64,000 nucleotides of DNA from Lytechinus pictus (taxonomy: Eukaryota). The stretch's first letter is position 1; the number at the start of each line of letters is the position of its first letter. Below are positions 48,801-61,367 of this stretch, one piece after another. The position numbers were made by a program, and so were the translations under genes. The notes below the pieces were generated by a model. The model made no database searches. It was given only the letters and a program-made list of their open reading frames with translations, and was not told the DNA's origin. The stretch spans positions 12,648,001-12,712,000 of the forward strand of contig NC_087247.1 in assembly GCF_037042905.1 (NCBI RefSeq). The letters are read 5' to 3'.

Positions 48801-51800
48801 CACTTACACACAGAGACAACCCACATTCTCTGTTTTCTTTTACAGACTTTTTCAAAATTGTTATTCTCGTCCGTGATCGACCTTTAACGTCACCATCCGT
48901 AAGACGTAATCAATGCCTGCCAGGAAAAATGCCTTTCTCGGATACATTAATACTAAGCCATACTAAAATGTGATTTCGAAATTTGAGGGAAGTGAAGGTA
49001 TAATTCCCATTCACAATTGCACAAATCACAATCATGATCTCTACATTCTACTAGAATAAACACTGTTATCAAAACATGAAGAGTGGAAATGTAAATTAAT
49101 GTTCGGATGTTCAACCTAATTTCCAGTCAGATCCCAGACGATATTCTGTCAATCGTTGATGGCGTTACCTTTGATGTTGATAATTATTATTTTGAAGAAT
49201 GGGAAGTGGTGGGAATGGTTCACATTTACAAGATAGATGAAACTGGCAAACAACCTACGTCATACTTTCCCTGGATATAATTCCTTAGAGATGATTCTAA
49301 TTGTGGTTACCACTACTGACATACATACGACTAAGAAAGGGAGAAAATGGAGGGAAAATGGGTGAAATATGTTGTTATCATTTCTGAATTTCGCGTCAAA
49401 ATCTATCACAAATTTAGATTTTTTTAATTAAAAAGGTCAAAAAGTTTTATCCATATGCCATGTCTGGTCTCATCATTTATTTATTTATTATAATTTTTTT
49501 TTGGGGGGTCTCAATGTACTACTAGTTTCCATGAAAACGGTCACAAAACTAGGTATCGTGATTTGAATTGAATTGAACTGAATTGATTTCATTTTCCACA
49601 TTCTCATTAAAAAACATTCATGTAAATATACAAATCATGATAAAATATGAAACAATTATTATTTCATGTAATAAGCTAAAATGTAAAATGGGGACAAGAC
49701 GTTATCAGCACACCTAATGATTATTCATGATGCCGTGCATAAAACTGTTTTGTTAAAAAAAAACAATGACAAAAATTCAATAAATTAGTTTTTTGTTTTC
49801 ATATTTTGATGAAATTGTCATTTTGCTCAATGAATTTTACTCTATTTATTCAACCCCGAGTACCCCTTTAAACCTCAATAACAGAGGAAAAACAGGACGC
49901 TTGATTTCTATCTATGTCATGAGAGTGCTGACGTCTAAAGAGTTGAGCGGGGGGGGGGGGGGGCAATTCCTTTGCGAGAATATATTAATGTACATGATAT
50001 TTTTCCCTCTCTATATATAAACCATTCAACTCAAAATTCACTAAAAATAGAAAGATGATTATCGCACTTATATTGTTTCTGAGGTGAAAGGAATCAAGGA
50101 ATGAAACAAGTATAGTTCTAAAAGGAACTAACAGTCTTGACGCAGCACATAGGAATGAACTCTATATGAAGTATTTTGAATTTGATACTGGACCCCCCCC
50201 CCCATATCCCCTATTTTCTTTTCCCCTTTTGTTCTAAGAGATTCTTGTAAGATTTTTCTTTATTACTTGTGTTTTAATCCTTGGACCCCATGGAAGAACA
50301 GTACTGTCTGTGGGCAGAGCTGGACTGGGTGTCCTTCCGATTTCACTTTTCTTTGATATTGTTGTATGTCTCTTTTTCTTTGTATATGTTTGTTCAATAT
50401 CTTGTTATTTTTATATCTTGCTTTTATATGTTCATTTGTACACTTATGTTTTTATTGTGAATTTCGGAGAATAAATGAATACAAATACAAATACAAAACC
50501 CCAAATAAATACCTTCCCATTGTGAATTCATAATCTCCTGCATTTTGGTTGTTACAAAAGAGAACAAAATGTGTCAGGTATTAGAATAAATTCAAACCAG
50601 CCTATTAAAATAATGACAATTACATATAAATCATTATGTTCAATATTTCATGGTGAAACCATTATCCATTATCATACTTATCTTTATTGAGAGAAAATGT
50701 GGTGGTTCATGAAAGTGGCAGAAATCTATCAGTAATTGAATTGCTGAATAATTACTTTTTCATCGGATGGATCATTTAAAGTTAGACACCCAACCCCCTA
50801 ACAAAATGTATTACAGGTTAATCAGCTTGATGATAAATTATGCAACATTAAAAAAAAAACCTTAACAACTATTTTGAAAATTTCAAATGAACAATGTACT
50901 GATCATTAATGAATAAATCCAGTTTTCAGCTTAAGTAGATGGACTGTCCATCTACTTTTTTCTCTCCAGTTTATTCTTTCTGTCGTTTCAATTGTCATAA
51001 TTGCAATTCATTACATTTAGATTCAAATCAACATCCATTTCTATTTTTCCACGTTCTGATTTTGGTTGCAATTCTTTGTTTGCGTAAACAATTATTACAG
51101 AAAATAAAGAAAAAATATACAGCAAAAGTCATGTACATGTATACGAGAAAATACTTAATCGATATTGTAGTAAATTGGTCTACGTTTGCATTGTTTTTGT
51201 TACGTTTGCAAAACCTATATCCGTGTTAATCCAGTTTGTGGTTTTTATGGTGTATGGGAAGGGGGGGGGGCAAGGTGCGTGGAAAATAGGGAGGGGGTAA
51301 TGAAAAAAAAGGGAAAATATATGGTTGGGTTACTGGGTGAATAAAAAAATGGGGGAGGGGTGGATCAGCTTAGTAACCGCCTTGAACCAGATCCAATGCG
51401 AGAGACGTGCCAGATATTTGGGATTTGTTGTATCTTTCTATAATTCATCAAGCAAACGCGATTATGACATAAATTATGATGTGCTTAAATATGCCCGGAA
51501 ACTATATTCGCAAATAACTTACAAACAGCAAAAGAATTCATGGCGTAGTGTCAAAAATATCAAAGTCGCCTATGGTGTAGACCGTTAGCTATCGAAATTA
51601 CCATTTATGAAGATTTCTATTTGAACGAACATAGTCGCTATATATACGAAAGGGGATTTTAGAGCCCAATGTCGGAAATAATGTCAATTTCTCTATAAAG
51701 TATTGGAATCAAATAATTTTACATGGATTTTATATTGTGAATATATACCGCATCTGATCTGAACGTTTTATCCGAAATGGGTAAGTATATTACTCAATTT

Positions 51801-54672
51801 ATCGCATATTATCGGTGCCACAGTCATGACAGTGTGATACTGTGTTCACAGTGTGGAAACACTGTGTAAATGGGCTAAATCCAGCTAGTCGTCACACTGC
51901 AAACACAGTACTATCACCATGTTGTACAATGATTATATCACACTATGAATGGTACGTTTTACACTGTATTTCTTCAGGCAGGGTTTAATCAGTATGGTCC
52001 ATGGTTTAATTAAAGGACATTTCCCGCAAAGAACCAACACATTTGGGTATAGTTCAGTATTCTTCTAAATTTATCGTCTCACTGACCCCCCCCCCCCACA
52101 AAATAATATATATATATATATATATTAAACATGTTTATATATGTATATAAAAATCAGTATCGGGCTAATATGTATTTATATTTTCATGATTGTGGAAGTA
52201 TTTTATCATTCTTTAATAATAATCTGATAATGATAATATAGGATATTTGTATAGCGCACGTATACACTCTAAAGACTATTTGGTAAAATGTTCAATGACG
52301 GTAATTATTTGTCCAACCAACATTGGACGTTTCTTTTGGGCATTTTTATTTATCCAGTGTGATGATAATTGTGCCCATTCTAAAGTAATTGCTGCTTATT
52401 TTTTAAAACTTACTGGACATATGCTTCCTGCATTGGGTAAATACTGCCCCAAGTTGGTTGGACCATGGACATGGTTGGACACATAATTACCTTCGTGCTG
52501 GTTCAAACTTTACCCAATACTTTTTACAGTTTATCCACCTTGTGAGGTGGATGTACGTGGCTTTGGTGAATCAAAAAAACGCTGAAATGAAAAAAAGAGA
52601 AGAAAATTGATTACGTCACACTTCGGTACTCTAAATATTAACCCACAATCGCGATATTGACTTCCGTTGATCCAAGAGGAAATAATTACCTCAACCTTTT
52701 CCGATACAAATATAAAACGAAAATTTCTCAATAAAAATCTGACAAATTACCGGAGGCTTCCTTCTATTCATTTCCTTGTTTTTATCAAAATATATCCTCT
52801 TCCGGAGGACCAAGTCAGTTCATTAACCTTCTCCAAAATTTATTGAAATAAATTACTTTTTGGGTCACTAGCGTATAGATGGGTGTGGGCTTGGGGTTCG
52901 ACGCCCTACGAAAAAAAAAGAAAAAAAAGGATGGTTCCAAGAACAAACAGAATGGAAGGATAAAGAGTAAGGAGTGATATTATTTTTCTGACTATTGCGT
53001 CAAAAATATATCACAATTTTTATTTTCATTAGGAAAAAAGTCATTATCTTTCCTCGCTCGCTCGGTCCTTTTAAGAAATTTTGTTAGAAAATGCCATGTT
53101 GTGCCCCCTCAGTACTTGTTTGGCCTAATTACGCTACTGTTTGAGATTAATTTCCTATCTGATTAGGTCATTTATGTGGTTTGGATATGAGTGGACTGTC
53201 CGAGCTTTTTCCTTCATATTTCATTGTTGATATACATCAGGTGGACGTTCGGTGGACATCGTTCTAGGACCGGATTTTCATTCTGTGTCATTTTTCAGTG
53301 AAAAGGGATAGTAAGGGATGCTTCTAATTTCTCCACGTTTGAATCATAAATGAAAGAAAGAAAAACCCCATCAAAACAAGTCATATGCAACCAACACACT
53401 TCCCCGATATATTAACCGGAAGAAATTGGGGGAAGAGAATTGAGCTCATAAGGGATTTTGAGAAACCAAGATACATGTAGTCGCATTTATTGAGTAATAT
53501 TATTATATGAATTTAAAATTAGGGAGGTCAAACATGGAAACAAGCAGACAGCATCGAAATTATAGCTATGATCTTTTTTTTCAACAAAAGCTATTTACGC
53601 CATTGTTTTATATTGGTTTAAACGGTGACTAAAGGTCGCCTCTTTTATTTTCCCTGTAAGGGGCGGCACAGGGTTTTTTCAGGGGAGGGGGCAGCGATGG
53701 TGAATCGAGAAATTGGTCAAAGCACTCCCCAGACTCAAGCTCTTAATATCCCCCCAATTGTTTGGTGGAAGTGTTGTGCGATTTTACTTTGCTGCCCGTT
53801 AATTTCATCTATATCCCTATTGTATTTATTTATTTGAAGGGTATGGGTGTGTATCGTCATCCTTGGTGTTATAGCAATCAGCTATGAATTTATCTTTTTT
53901 ACAATAAAATGAAGAAAAAAATACCTTAAAATCATCGTTTCGTTTTCCTAACTCATGAAAATAATATTCTCGCTTCACTAAGGGCATTAATCCATAACTT
54001 TCTCAGAACTTTTGTCCTTGTTTGAATAACCAACAAATTAACAAATTTTCAAAGAGGATAACGAAAACAGAAATGCATGAAATTAAAATCATCTTTCGTT
54101 TTCGTAACTAAACAGCATTCATGGCAATATTATAAGACTTTCTCAGAACTTTCCTCTTGTTTCCTTTTTGGAAGTTATGAAAATGGAATACTCGCTATAC
54201 TAAAATCTTTAATATAATAGTTTTCTTATATATATTAATGTTGTTTGTAAATCATTTAGTAGATAAATGTCAATACTTATAAAAAAAATGAGTAAATCAT
54301 TTTCAAATACAATAAATACGACAAAGTTTAAGAAAAACAATGGAAAGACAACGGAAACTGTAGCAACAGAGAAGGGGTGGGAAGGAAAAAGGGAAAAAGG
54401 AAGCGCGTCAATATTATGATATGCAAGTATTACTCATGGTCTGAACAGTATTTGGAATCGGGGTACACAAGTCAAACAGCTGTCGTGTCTACAGACTCGT
54501 ACAGGACGGGAAGAGTTAAACGAGTCGTCATGTATACGACGCACCTATATCCAGCAGCACCAATGATTTTCGAGAAAAGAGTGTGACTGAATTGCCTCGG
54601 ATGTGCTTCTCGCCACAAAAAACTGGGTCCCCTGAACAAAGAGGAATCCTTTTGTGATTTCACAAGGTCGGT

Positions 54673-54870
54673 ATATAAGCATTGAGGCTCGGAGGGAGTC
54701 CCACAGATATGTTTAGACTTTGCGCGCCAAAAAACCGTCAACACATTATCGAGGATTTGTAGGAGGTTTCAAGGTACCAAGGAAATATAAACAAAGTTCT
54801 ATATTGATTACTGGCATCTAATTGAGTTTGATCATCGTCGTCTGTCAACTGCATTCGATCACAGAAATTG
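54673..54870 (+). promoter_or_regulatory. Candidate TATA box and non-coding first exon of gene 3
   Basis: The ATG exon of gene 3 begins at a splice acceptor (61340), so an upstream exon is needed. TATATAAG at 54673 is followed by the donor TTG|GTAAGC at 54870. Another strong donor (TGG|GTAAGT) lies at 51780. Confidence 0.3.
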
Positions 54871-57680
54871 GTAAGCAATGCTATTTTGAGTTTAATGAGT
54901 TTTTGGTGTCGACTGTCAAACGGACTGCAATAATAGTGTAACTTCGGCGTTCATTCATGTCATTAATAGGATTCCAGTTTTATTTTCTGATTCTTCGGTT
55001 TCTTTCCCTTTTCTACGTCGCATCTTTATGTTTATTTGAGTTGAATGTGTTTGTTTATGAGTTACTTTTGATCGTCCAATAGTGTTTTATTGTATTCATT
55101 TATCATTATATTCATAAAATGTACGTAAACAAAATCTTCCTACCTCTTCAGTCAGGCAAATGCTAATAGCTAAAATGATTAGTTTTAATTATTCGACTAA
55201 CCCTCAACTACTACAGACATGATAGACCTGAGATCATGAGGGTACTCAAATTTTCACTCTTATTTCTCCTTTCCGTTGCTAAGCATCAATCACTCATAAA
55301 CTATTTTTAAAGAATGGAATCGGAAATATACCGTCACACACGCCTTTTCTTTTGCTCCTAGGATAACAATCTCCCATGCTAGTTAATACCTGTTATACCG
55401 TCGCACCTTGCGCAAAGGGGGCTTGGCAAGACATCACGAGGTAATTACAGTTGGCAAACTGTAAACCTGTCCCAAACCTGTTAATAAAAACAATATCATT
55501 GGCAACACGAAAGAGGATTGTACATGAAGGGGGAACTTATATAGGAAATGCAATTCGATTTATTTCCATGTATGTACATGTAGGTCAGTGATTGTCAAAA
55601 ATGGAGTCATATTTCGGCCTATCTCATTTTTCCATCGTTGCTCACACGGATGTATTTCAGTGAGGGGTAGGTGCCGGTGTGGATTTTGAGGGGAGAGAAC
55701 TGACTTTCGTTTCATGAAATATATCGAATTGCAATGACTTCCTCTATCGGCTGTCAGACGGTCAAGTTTTGCGTGATTATTAATTGCCGTCAAGATCCCA
55801 GATTTAGTCCGTTACTTTTAGACGCGTAGCTTGAAAGAACAATGAAAGCCGGTAAGGTGGTTTTAAAAAAATGAGGATCCTGTTGGCGGGAAAGAAATAC
55901 ATATATTTTGTCTTAATAGCACATACAAGCTCATTGAAATATGATAATTGCAGATACTTTATGTAATGTAAACACTGTTATGAGAAAGGTTCGTCGCACA
56001 CAGCAGTTGCACTGGCGATGCCAGATTTCACCTCATGCAAATGTCAAAGACATCTGTGGTTAAAGCCATCACCTTTTTAGTTAGGGTCTGAGGTTTTACT
56101 GAGAATTGTCATATTGATGTTCGGATAGGATATCGTCAGCCTATACAAGTGTGTGGGAAAGGAATAGGAACATAAGCATTTGGGATTACTATATAGAACA
56201 GAACATATGACAGAGGTACCAAATTGTCGACAACCTCAACAAATGTTTCATTTTCTTGTTAACCCATACTGCCTACTGGAACTACATGTAGGTAATCCCT
56301 GTACAAAGTCTTGTCTTTTCGTTAATGCCCACAATCATTATATTGATTATTATAAGGGAAGTCTAAGGGAATCTGAAAAATTACTAGTCAACGGTAATAA
56401 ATGTGTAACATTTTGCTATTTCTTTTTTTCATTACTGCTCGAAAAACGATATCAGCACGGAATCATTTCTTTCAGCTTCGTGATTTAGCCAGTCCGATCC
56501 TTTAAAGTCACGATAATCTGAAGAGACTACCGTACCGTTAAGGAAATGTTCAAGACGGAGGACATGTATTATGTTGGCTTCTCCATGAAAAGCTTAATCA
56601 GTTACTTCCTCGTGTTAATGATAATTATGCGACCGTCATATCAACAAAATGGACTCCAAACTGACCGATAGTATGTCATTGTAAATAACGCAATCGATTT
56701 AGTGGATCATGAGTCGGTTTGGTTACGTGTGACTGTGTGGTATTAAAAATCTGAACAATCAGCATTACACGAAATTTGATTCGAATGAAAATATTAATTC
56801 GTTTTCTTTATTTCAGAAGTTTCAACACGTCGTATGTCTGTTTGATGTATAATGGCAAGTTGGTGACAGTTTTGTTCACCGCGACCACAATCATATTAAA
56901 GGGAGAAGAGAAATAAGAACAGAAAATGAGAAGAATGAAACTAGATTGTGGAGAGAGAGAGAGGGGGGGGGGGTGGTAAAGCTGATTGAAATAAATATTT
57001 GATTTTTTTTTTCACAAAATATGATACGTGATATATATATACATGTACATGATGTACATATACATGTTTAAAAACATTAACCTTAACAATGCACAATCCA
57101 TATTGTGGCTGTTTGTTTCGAATAAAAGTTTGAATATAATGGAGTACAGTATTTCATTAATTCGGTTTAATAATCATTACTCACATTGGCTCCTGATGAC
57201 GCGTGCCATCAGTGCGGAAGACATTTATTTAAGAGTGACGTAAGCCTAAATCCGGGACTAATTTCACTTCAAATTGATTACAGAGGACAAAACGAAATTG
57301 TGCCCGGCTTGATGCATGTCAGACTAAACTGGATAATGTTGATGGGAACAGTTTTCCATGACGTGCTACTGAATCTACTGTATCCTGAACATAGCTAATC
57401 GTTTGGAGGTTGACGAAAACAGTTAACTAGTTCATCGCACAAAATACAGAATAGTATTAAAATAAATGGAAGGCTAATTTAAACTGCAATTAACATAATC
57501 GGGATATAAGTAATTTGGTCAGTTAATATTCTTATTGAGGGGGGCGTAGGGGCTTCTGCTAAAGTATGTTAAGCGGTTAATGTTCTTTGCCATTTTCACT
57601 TGACTAATTATTGATTCAATTACTTTATTTTAAATGCCCATGTATTTGTTCGTGGTTTTTATTTTATTTCATTTTTTACA

Positions 57681-57905
57681 NNNNNNNNNNNNNNNNNNNN
57701 NNNNNNNNNNNNNNNNNNNNNNNNNNNNNNNNNNNNNNNNNNNNNNNNNNNNNNNNNNNNNNNNNNNNNNNNNNNNNNNNNNNNNNNNNNNNNNNNNNNN
57801 NNNNNNNNNNNNNNNNNNNNNNNNNNNNNNNNNNNNNNNNNNNNNNNNNNNNNNNNNNNNNNNNNNNNNNNNNNNNNNNNNNNNNNNNNNNNNNNNNNNN
57901 NNNNN
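57681..57905. other. Assembly gap (N run)
   Basis: 225 N characters. Confidence 1.
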
Positions 57906-58168
57906 CAACAGCTTTGGCAACTCTTTTATTTAAATATTGTAAAGATATTGTATTGTAACATGTTGTACATGTATAAATTTACACATTTGTATACTTTCTC
58001 CCATACCTGTACTGTATCAAAGCAATAGCTTTGATCCAGCTGAAGCATGGCGGCTTGTCATTGTTCGAAACCCACCTTCACCCGACAAAGGAAATTATAA
58101 TTGGTATAGTGTCGAAAATCTGTCTATCTGACGGTCAATCGGATCGGGGTCGTCCTAGCCACTAACCC

Positions 58169-58240
58169 GTCTCTGTGGTCTAGTGGTTAAGGCACCGGCG
58201 TTCAAAGCTGGGGGCCCGGGTTCGATTCCCGGCAGAGACA
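58169..58240 (+). tRNA. tRNA-like sequence with Glu-type body and UCA anticodon (possible opal-suppressor-like gene, or a young tRNA-derived SINE head/pseudogene)
   Basis: Full 72-nt cloverleaf: acceptor GTCTCTG/CAGAGAC, D-stem GTCT/AGGC, anticodon stem CCGGC/GCTGG with loop GTTCAAA, 4-nt variable loop, T-stem CCGGG/CCCGG with TTCGATT. A box TGGTCTAGTGG, B box GGTTCGATTCC, followed directly by TTTTTT. G at position 32 is non-canonical. Confidence 0.55.
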
Positions 58241-58335
58241 TTTTTTCGGCATCATCAATTTTTCCAAAGGGTAGATAGCTCTGGGGAACCTTGATTTAAG
58301 CTACGCCTACCATTGTTCTCTTCATCCATTTCTTT

Positions 58336-58375
<40 letters not shown>

Positions 58376-58449
58376 ACATCAGAAATGCGAAACAAATTCA
58401 CGAGTAATGCAGTTTTTGAAGTGCCAACCACTAAGTTCTTTTATTCACT

Positions 58450-58488
58450 CTCCAAATTTTCGGTAGACATCTACCTTCTTCAGGGAAG
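58450..58488 (-). ncRNA. Minimal type I hammerhead-ribozyme-like motif in a (TA)n-flanked, Penelope-like repeat fragment
   Basis: Minus strand reads CTTCC-CTGAAGA-A-GGTAG ATGT CTACC-GAAA-ATTT-GGAG. It has both core boxes, a 5-bp stem II, a palindromic AAUU stem III and a 4-bp stem I. The segment lies between (TA)n tracts at ~58340-58372 and ~58527-58572. Confidence 0.5.
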
Positions 58489-58522
58489 ATTCGTGAATTG
58501 TGACAAGTTTGAATGACAGTTG

Positions 58523-58563
<41 letters not shown>

Positions 58564-58963
58564 ACATATATATTCATAAATATTTCAGGATCTATTCATT
58601 ATATTTCATTCAATTTAAATATTTTATTTTTGTCATTATGAAAAGCAACAATAGAAGCAAGTTAGTGTAAAACCATGATTAGAATTATAACACGATAAGG
58701 ACAAGAACTGCTTACAAAATGAAAATAAATTGTTTCCTCTTGTTGATCAATTCAAGAATTCACACATTTTGAAAACGAACGATAATTTCCCTTACGTTTT
58801 ATATTCTCAGAAAAAAAATAATTACGTATCAAAACCAATTTGTGGGATTTTCCCCAAACGTCACAAATATTAATTGCCAAATTAGGGTAGCACTCCCTGT
58901 CAAACTATAGGAAATCCCACATAATGTCCGATAATAATATAATATTTATAATTAGTTATTATA

Positions 58964-59782
58964 CAGTGCGTCCCAGAAAAAACGAAACCGAGATTTAGCG
59001 ATAATTTATCATAACTTATCCATAAATAAAATATACAAATGACTTACCAATGTAAAGCTTAGAATCTTCTCTTTCATCTGGTATTACTTAGATTATTCCT
59101 CATTCACGCATGATTGAGCAAAAAAAAATCGAAGAAAGGATGCCAAAAACTCATTTGGCGGGGGGTATCTGAATTTCAAAAAGAAAATCACATGACTAAA
59201 AAGTTCAATATCTTCTCTTTTCTTTGATACCTAAATCACAGAAAATGGTCAAGTAGTAAAAAAGTTATGATCCCTCGAAACAATGCTTGTATTTCCATAA
59301 TTTCATGAAATAAACGTGTTTTCACCGGTTTCCCACTGAAGCTATCGCACGGTAACAAAAGACTTAATGCATGGCTGATCGTCAACAAAACAGAGTGTCG
59401 AGTGAGTTTGAACGCTAGCCTGTAAAACCTCTTCATTTTATGAAATTATTGAAATTCAAGCCTTATTTTAAATAACCATAACTTTGTTATTTCTTGACCA
59501 TTTTCTGTGATTGAGGTATCAAATTAAAGAGCAGATATTGAACTTTTTAAAAATTTGGTTTTCTTTTTAAAACCCAGATACGGCCCGCCAAGTGACTTTT
59601 TTTTATCCCCTTTTCAAATTGTTTTTGCTCACTCATACGTGAATGAGAAATAATCTAAGTAATTTCAGATGAAAGAGGAGATTCTAAGCTTTAAAATAGT
59701 AGGTCATTTGTCTATTGTATTTGCGATTAAGTTATGATAAATCATCGATGAATCTCGGTTTCGTTTTTTGTTGGACGCACTG
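58964..59782. mobile_element. Tc1/mariner-type non-autonomous element with very long inverted repeats
   Basis: TA|CAGTGCGTCCCAGAAAAAACGAAACCGAGATT ... AATCTCGGTTTCGTTTTTTGTTGGACGCACTG|TA. The arms stay recognisably complementary for over 300 bp. TA target duplication. Confidence 0.85.
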
Positions 59783-61367
59783 TATATTCAAACTTAAGGT
59801 AACTGATAAAAAAAGCAAAAGCTACCCCGAATTATGGGGATAAAACCACATATATAATATCCATGGATATTTTTTTTAATTTCATTTATTTATTTATTTA
59901 TTCATAAATATTACTATTATTATACTTATCATTTGTTTCTGCGGCTGGTGCTTCTATTGATTTTAAAAATTTCGTCTTAGAATTAATAGAATTGGCATGA
60001 CAAATATGAGAGGGAATATTGTTTAAAAGATATAAATAGAAAATCAATTTTGTGGAAAGTAATAATAGTTAGGTCTTCTGATTATTGTGTGTTACTTTCA
60101 ACGAAATCTTGAATAATTTGCGCCAATACCAATAGCGTATAATGAGACAACAAATTTAGAGGACCAGACACAATAATATCAGATTTTGTGATAGATTTTG
60201 ACATGATATTTAGAAAATAAAAATCATACTTCACCCTCTTCCTTTCCTTTGCTTTTTAACTCTTATTTTCTTGGTGGTTTTTTTTGGGGGGGGAGGGGGA
60301 ATGGCCCCAAGCCCCCACCCCAACCCTCTTCTATCATGGACCTACTAGAGAGGTCCATGCTTCCATACGCCAGTGACCAATGTAGTTTTGTTCTGTTAGA
60401 AGATTCAAAAGGGGGCCTCTTAATGGAGGTCGAGGAAGGCTTCAAAACTTTCCTCACAACAAATACTCTAAAAGTGACAGATTGTTTCAACCCTCTCACT
60501 CCACGTGTGCCCTGGCTTTGATTAGCTGTCTGTGTTGATTATTACTAGACCGGTGTGAATCGGTGAATCACCATCAATCTCATGTCCGCCCTCTCTAAGA
60601 TGTGTTTAATCTTTGACAAATAATAAGGGGTGATTCGAGGGCTCATGAGTGCGTTAGTCATGAAGTATCAAAACTTAGTCATCTAAGAAGATGAGATTAT
60701 TCGGGTGCTATATCGAGACGCTTGAATCTGGATGTCAACAGGTCTGTTATTCTTGGCTAGAATCTTCTTTAACCGTTTGTGAAATTACTCTTACGCTTCT
60801 ATTCATTTCCTTTAGATTTGATGATGCATGGATTAAACTTGTTAATCGAAAGCTTGGATTAAGATATTTTATCCCAAAAAAAAAACTTCCCGTGTTACCA
60901 TTATGACTCACATCATTATAAATCAAAATAGACATCGATTTTCATGCTATCATAAACATGATAAAGTGTTTGTTGGAAAATTGTTCCAATAATAACCAAG
61001 AATTAGACCTCACTGAAAGGAAATTTCGTCACCACAAGAAAAAGGATACAACGGTCTATTACTAGATCCACTGGGGAGTTTACGATTCACAACTGGAGTT
61101 CGTATTTATAGTATTATAAAAGTTAATTGTATTAAATTTAACAGATGATAACAACAAGAATCGAAATCATACTAATAACTGGCATATAATTGTGGCAATA
61201 TTGACATGACGAATGAATGATTTAATAAAATGATGAAAGAATTGGTGAATGGATTTATTTATCAAGTTATTGAGTAAAGAATGAATAATACACTGGTAAC
61301 CGTTGTGAAACTGTTTTTCTTTTTCTTTTTTATTTACAGACCTTTATTCGAGAACGGAGAGAGAGAG

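Noticed and set aside
57611-57958. ORFs spanning the N run
   Set aside because: Artefacts of the assembly gap.
58169-58240. Selenocysteine tRNA
   Set aside because: It is 72 nt with a 7-bp acceptor stem and a 4-nt variable loop, whereas tRNA-Sec has a long variable arm and a 9/4 fold.
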